This document shows, in pieces, positions 61,013 to 64,000 of a stretch of 64,000 nucleotides of DNA. Position 1 is the first letter of the stretch. Each line of letters begins with the position of its first letter. The stretch is from a virus (lineage: Duplodnaviria; Caudoviricetes). The DNA lies in IMG/VR virus record IMGVR_UViG_3300025868_000002, positions 1 through 64,000 of that record. One strand, 5' to 3'. The notes beneath the pieces are model-generated. The model was not told the DNA's origin. It searched no databases and saw only the letters and a list, made by a program, of their open reading frames with translations. The position numbers and the translations under genes were made by a program.

Positions 61013-61101
61013 GCTTGGGTCGCCTAGTGGCCGATGGCACCGCATTTGTGATGCGGTATGAGAAATCTACACCGTGGGTTCGACTCCCACCCCAAGCTCC
61101 A
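61013..61101 (+). tRNA. tRNA with anticodon TGT (Thr), long variable arm, encoded CCA (89 nt)
   Basis: Acceptor GCTTGGG/CCCAAGC, D stem GCC/GGC, anticodon stem CCGCA/TGCGG with loop TT-TGT-GA, 17-nt variable region, T arm GTGGG-TTCGACT-CCCAC, T73-CCA. Confidence 0.9.
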
Positions 61102-61124
61102 TTAATATATGTGAAGGAGTTATC

Positions 61125-61295
61125 GTGGACGAGCTGAAAGAAAAAAAAGCACGTAAAAGAAATATAGATAAAAAAAAGAAAATAAAAAATAAAAGTAATC
61201 AGCAATATAAGAAACTAAAAAAGCAAAAACAGAAATCAATACCAGAAATTATAATAAAAGACACAGAATTAGAAGAGTATTACTCAATTAAATAG
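61125..61295 (+). CDS. Small Lys-rich protein
   Basis: RBS AAGGAG then GTG at 61125 (the track start at 61074 lies inside the tRNA). Confidence 0.6.
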   Translation: MDELKEKKARKRNIDKKKKIKNKSNQQYKKLKKQKQKSIPEIIIKDTELEEYYSIK

Positions 61296-61372
61296 CACAA
61301 TTACTGCTTAGTAATTAAAATTGTGCACCAACTAGGTATTAGTGCCGTTATATACAAAAATAGGGGATAAAG

Positions 61373-62260
61373 ATGAAATACTTGGTGTCAGTTGGCGAGG
61401 GTCTGGGAAATGTAATTGAAACCCTACCACTAATAAAAGCACTAAAATACAATAAACTTGAGTTTGATATACTTAATTTGTCACATATACCAACAGAAAA
61501 CGTTGAATGGATTTTTAAGGAATATGCAACTGTTATCAAAGGAGAACCAAGAGTAGACCAATATGCTTATCGTATAGAATTGGCAACAACTAAATTTTGC
61601 CCAAAATTCTTTAATAGAACAAAAATACCACTTATAAACAATTTAAACAATCAATTCATTTATAGTACAATCACTAATGAAATAGAAGTTTATCTTAGCA
61701 TTCTGAATGAGCTTAACTTTGAAGACGCTGAAATGCCTTATGATGTAGAACTTCCAAAAACAGAAGAAGAAGAACAATTTGACTTCATCCTTATGAATGG
61801 GTGTGCTGGGCGCTCTCAGTTAGAATTTAAACGAAAGAAATATCCTCATATGGCGGAACTAGGTAACCTGCTTATCTCTAAAAAGTATAAGGTGGCATCT
61901 ATTGGCATCGGTGATGAGTATGCGGCAGGAGAAAATAAAACCGGAATGTCAATTTGTAAAACGGCTGGATACCTAAGAAGCTGTAAGTTTTTAATAACCA
62001 ATGATACGGGTTTTGCACATCTTGCGGCAGCTTTAAAAATTAATGGGGTTATTTTATATACGGCAACTAACATGATTAAAAATTATCACCCAGTGTTCCA
62101 TAAAACACTAAAACCAGTAACAGCAGATATACCTTGTCAGCCATGCCAATATCGTAAAACATGGAATCTGTGCTCACCTAAAACGTATAATAAATGGGAA
62201 TGCCAAAATATTCCCTTTAGTAAGATTTTGAAGGAGATAAAAAATGCTGACATTTTTTGA
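61373..62260 (+). CDS. Glycosyltransferase family 9
   Basis: EGLGNVIETLPLIKALK, KRKKYP, ITNDTGFAHLAAAL, IPCQPC. Confidence 0.85.
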   Translation: MKYLVSVGEGLGNVIETLPLIKALKYNKLEFDILNLSHIPTENVEWIFKEYATVIKGEPRVDQYAYRIELATTKFCPKFFNRTKIPLINNLNNQFIYSTITNEIEVYLSILNELNFEDAEMPYDVELPKTEEEEQFDFILMNGCAGRSQLEFKRKKYPHMAELGNLLISKKYKVASIGIGDEYAAGENKTGMSICKTAGYLRSCKFLITNDTGFAHLAAALKINGVILYTATNMIKNYHPVFHKTLKPVTADIPCQPCQYRKTWNLCSPKTYNKWECQNIPFSKILKEIKNADIF

Positions 62261-62465
62261 GAAACATGCCTATATTGGATTTTCTTTTTTGTATGGGTTA
62301 TCTTTTATTATTAATTTTTTGATTTTTAACTTTGTTTTTGGTCTTCCACTTTTACTTTCGACTCTTTTGACAAGTCTTGGCACGATACTTGCTACAGTAT
62401 TTCTTATGCCAAAAACGATACGGCGGGAGGCAAAAATAAGTGTTGTTAAGGATTCGCTGTATTAA
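62244..62465 (+). CDS. Small two-TM membrane protein
   Basis: Two hydrophobic helices and a basic tail; RBS AAGGAG. Confidence 0.6.
   Translation: MLTFFEKHAYIGFSFLYGLSFIINFLIFNFVFGLPLLLSTLLTSLGTILATVFLMPKTIRREAKISVVKDSLY
62377..62393 (+). promoter_or_regulatory. sigma54-type promoter upstream of 62485
   Basis: TTGGCACG-ATAC-TTGCT, a perfect match to YTGGCACGRNNNTTGCW; embedded in the upstream CDS. Confidence 0.7.
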
Positions 62466-62484
62466 TCAAAGTGGAGGTTAGGTA

Positions 62485-62766
62485 ATGATGAATGCAAAGT
62501 GGATTTACGGTGTTAAAAACATTGTGCCCAAAAGGAAGGTTAACAATGTAATTGACAATTCTAAGCGCAAGCAAGATATGGTTTACCTTACCAAATCTGA
62601 TTTTACCACGTTTGCACGTAGATTTAAGCTCGGAAATTGGCGTAACGCTGTTGAGACTATTTGTGGGCCAAGAGCAAGCAAAGAGGTTATTAATTTGTAT
62701 TCTGACGGTGTGGAATCTATCGGATTTCGCAAGAGAGAAATACGAAGGGCTGCTGATATTGGCTAA
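62485..62766 (+). CDS. Hypothetical basic protein
   Basis: RBS GGAGG. Confidence 0.6.
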   Translation: MMNAKWIYGVKNIVPKRKVNNVIDNSKRKQDMVYLTKSDFTTFARRFKLGNWRNAVETICGPRASKEVINLYSDGVESIGFRKREIRRAADIG

Positions 62767-62774
62767 CTAAATAT

Positions 62775-62810
62775 AATGTAGGTGCCACATAAAATGGCAC
62801 CTACATTGCC
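62775..62810 (+). promoter_or_regulatory. 13-bp perfect inverted repeat whose right arm is a sigma54-type motif
   Basis: AATGTAGGTGCCA-CATAAAA-TGGCACCTACATT, continuing GCC to give TGGCAC-CTACA-TTGCC. Confidence 0.65.
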
Positions 62811-62823
62811 ATAAAGGAGTTTT

Positions 62824-63285
62824 ATGACAGAACCAACTAAAATGATAGGTAATCCCAAACATATAGTGCTGCATACATCTGCCACAGAGTATAACTGCAA
62901 CAAAAATGTGATAAATAGAATTCATTTGGAAAAAGGTTACCTTTTAATAGGATACCATTTTGTAATAACCGGATCACCGTTTGATACCGGTATTCCGCAG
63001 ATTCAACAGGGTAGACGATTAATTTACCAGGGAGCACACGCCTACCATTTTAATAATACTATTGGTATTTGTGTTACAGGTCACGGCGATGTGGCACCTT
63101 GGACAGAATACCAGAAGTATCACTTAAAAGTTCTTGTTAACTCTTTGCAGGATATATATAGCATCCCTAATGAGAATATTCTAGGGCACAGGGAAACCCC
63201 ATACGAAGACGAACACCATCTAAAAACATGCCCAGGTAACCTTATTGATATGAATGAAATACGAAATTTTTTAAGAATAACATAA
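62824..63285 (+). CDS. N-acetylmuramoyl-L-alanine amidase endolysin (Amidase_2, T7-lysozyme-like)
   Basis: HIVLHTSA, IGYHFVI, GAHA, IGICVTG, GHRE, KTCPG; no cell-wall-binding domain. Confidence 0.92.
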   Translation: MTEPTKMIGNPKHIVLHTSATEYNCNKNVINRIHLEKGYLLIGYHFVITGSPFDTGIPQIQQGRRLIYQGAHAYHFNNTIGICVTGHGDVAPWTEYQKYHLKVLVNSLQDIYSIPNENILGHRETPYEDEHHLKTCPGNLIDMNEIRNFLRIT

Positions 63286-63295
63286 GGAAAAATAG

Positions 63296-64000
63296 ATGAA
63301 ACCAAACAAAACACCAAATATCCTATTTCTGGACATAGAAACAGCACCAATGACCTCATATATATGGAGATTGTGGAAACAGGATATAGGGTTAAACCTT
63401 GTTGAATCCGATTGGCATATGCTTAGCTGGGCAGGAAAATGGATGGGGGATAAAAAAATAATTTCAGACGTGCTCCCAAATTATAAAAAAGAATACAAAG
63501 AAAATACAGAAAATGACATACGTATTTTAGAAAGTCTTTGGGAAGTAATTGACGCTGCTGATATTGTTGTTGCTCATAATGGAAACAAATTTGATATCCC
63601 CAAAATAAATGCAAGATTGCTTTATAATGGGTTTACTCCGCCAAGTCCGTATAGACAAATTGATACTTGTTTGATTGCTCGCTCTATTTTTGGGTTTACC
63701 TCTAATAAATTAGATTACTTAGCACAATACCTTGGTGTAGGTGAGAAAACAAAGCATGAAGGTTTTGACTTATGGCGAAAATGCCTCCAGGGTGATACAA
63801 AAAGTTGGGGAAAAATGGAGAAGTATAATAGAAATGATGTAGTCCTCCTAGAAAAAGTTTTTCATAAACTTGCCCCCTGGTCTAAGTCATTCCCTAATTT
63901 TGATATATATACTGATGATAATAAACCGCATTGTGTAGCATGTGGTAATACCAATATTATTAATCGTGGCTTTGCTTATACGCAATTAGGTAAATTTCAC
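63296..64000 (+). CDS. DEDD 3'-5' exonuclease (RNase_H_2/YprB-like), truncated by the window end; absent from the ORF track
   Basis: Translated by hand: LFLDIETAP, AHNGNKFDIP, IDTCL, NKLDYLA, YNRNDV, then CxxC (HCVACG). Confidence 0.88.
   Translation, partial: MKPNKTPNILFLDIETAPMTSYIWRLWKQDIGLNLVESDWHMLSWAGKWMGDKKIISDVLPNYKKEYKENTENDIRILESLWEVIDAADIVVAHNGNKFDIPKINARLLYNGFTPPSPYRQIDTCLIARSIFGFTSNKLDYLAQYLGVGEKTKHEGFDLWRKCLQGDTKSWGKMEKYNRNDVVLLEKVFHKLAPWSKSFPNFDIYTDDNKPHCVACGNTNIINRGFAYTQLGKFH

Noticed and set aside
61045-61051. Reading the tRNA anticodon as GTG (His)
   Set aside because: Stem symmetry centres the loop on TGT, and the G-1/C73 His identity is absent.
60999-61205. Minus-strand ORF, and the 61074 start of the Lys-rich ORF
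   Set aside because: Both overlap the tRNA; the real start is more likely GTG 61125 with its own SD.
61292-61308. ATAGCAC-AATTA-CTGCT upstream of GT9 61373
   Set aside because: Correct spacing but lacks the invariant GG; at best a weak sixth site, not counted.
63412-63427. TTGGCAT-ATGCT-TAGC inside the exonuclease gene
   Set aside because: Imperfect -12 box and intragenic.
1-64000. CRISPR array, DGR, IS element, intron/intein, contractile sheath
   Set aside because: No spaced repeats, reverse transcriptase, transposase, split motifs or sheath-sized gene recognised by eye; RNR, DnaB, PolA and TerL have normal lengths.

Overview
This AT-rich window (roughly one-third GC by eye) is a 64 kb slice of a large tailed dsDNA phage genome, most likely a long non-contractile-tailed (siphovirus-like) phage of a diderm host. 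No host genes, CRISPR array or IS element were recognised. Layout: (i) 1-11.4 kb, + strand: replication, recombination and nucleotide genes (Rad52/Sak-like annealase, DnaB, Nudix, resolvase-like nuclease, class II RNR, primase, two glycosyltransferases, spanin-like protein, ThyX, GMP reductase). (ii) 11.4-49.4 kb, - strand: complete virion module (about 17 kb of tail-tip genes, tape measure, G/GT chaperones with a -1 frameshift, duplicated-domain tail tube, neck, capsid, protease/scaffold, portal-MuF fusion, holin, terminase, sigma-like factor). (iii) 49.4-60.6 kb, - strand: dNMP kinase, PolA, GT9, SSB, tyrosine recombinase, HNH, Tdk, HU/IHF, nucleotidase, GT2. (iv) A divergent control region at about 60.3-61.0 kb, then + strand: an atypical long-variable-arm tRNA(UGU), GT9, amidase endolysin and a truncated DEDD exonuclease. 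The strongest unexpected signal is five near-consensus sigma54 (-24/-12, TGGCAY-N5-TTGC) promoter motifs between 55 and 63 kb, each correctly oriented upstream of a gene or the tRNA, alongside IHF-like sites and a phage-encoded HU/IHF. This suggests a phage transcription programme running on RpoN holoenzyme. All protein assignments come from motif recognition by eye; no database search was run.
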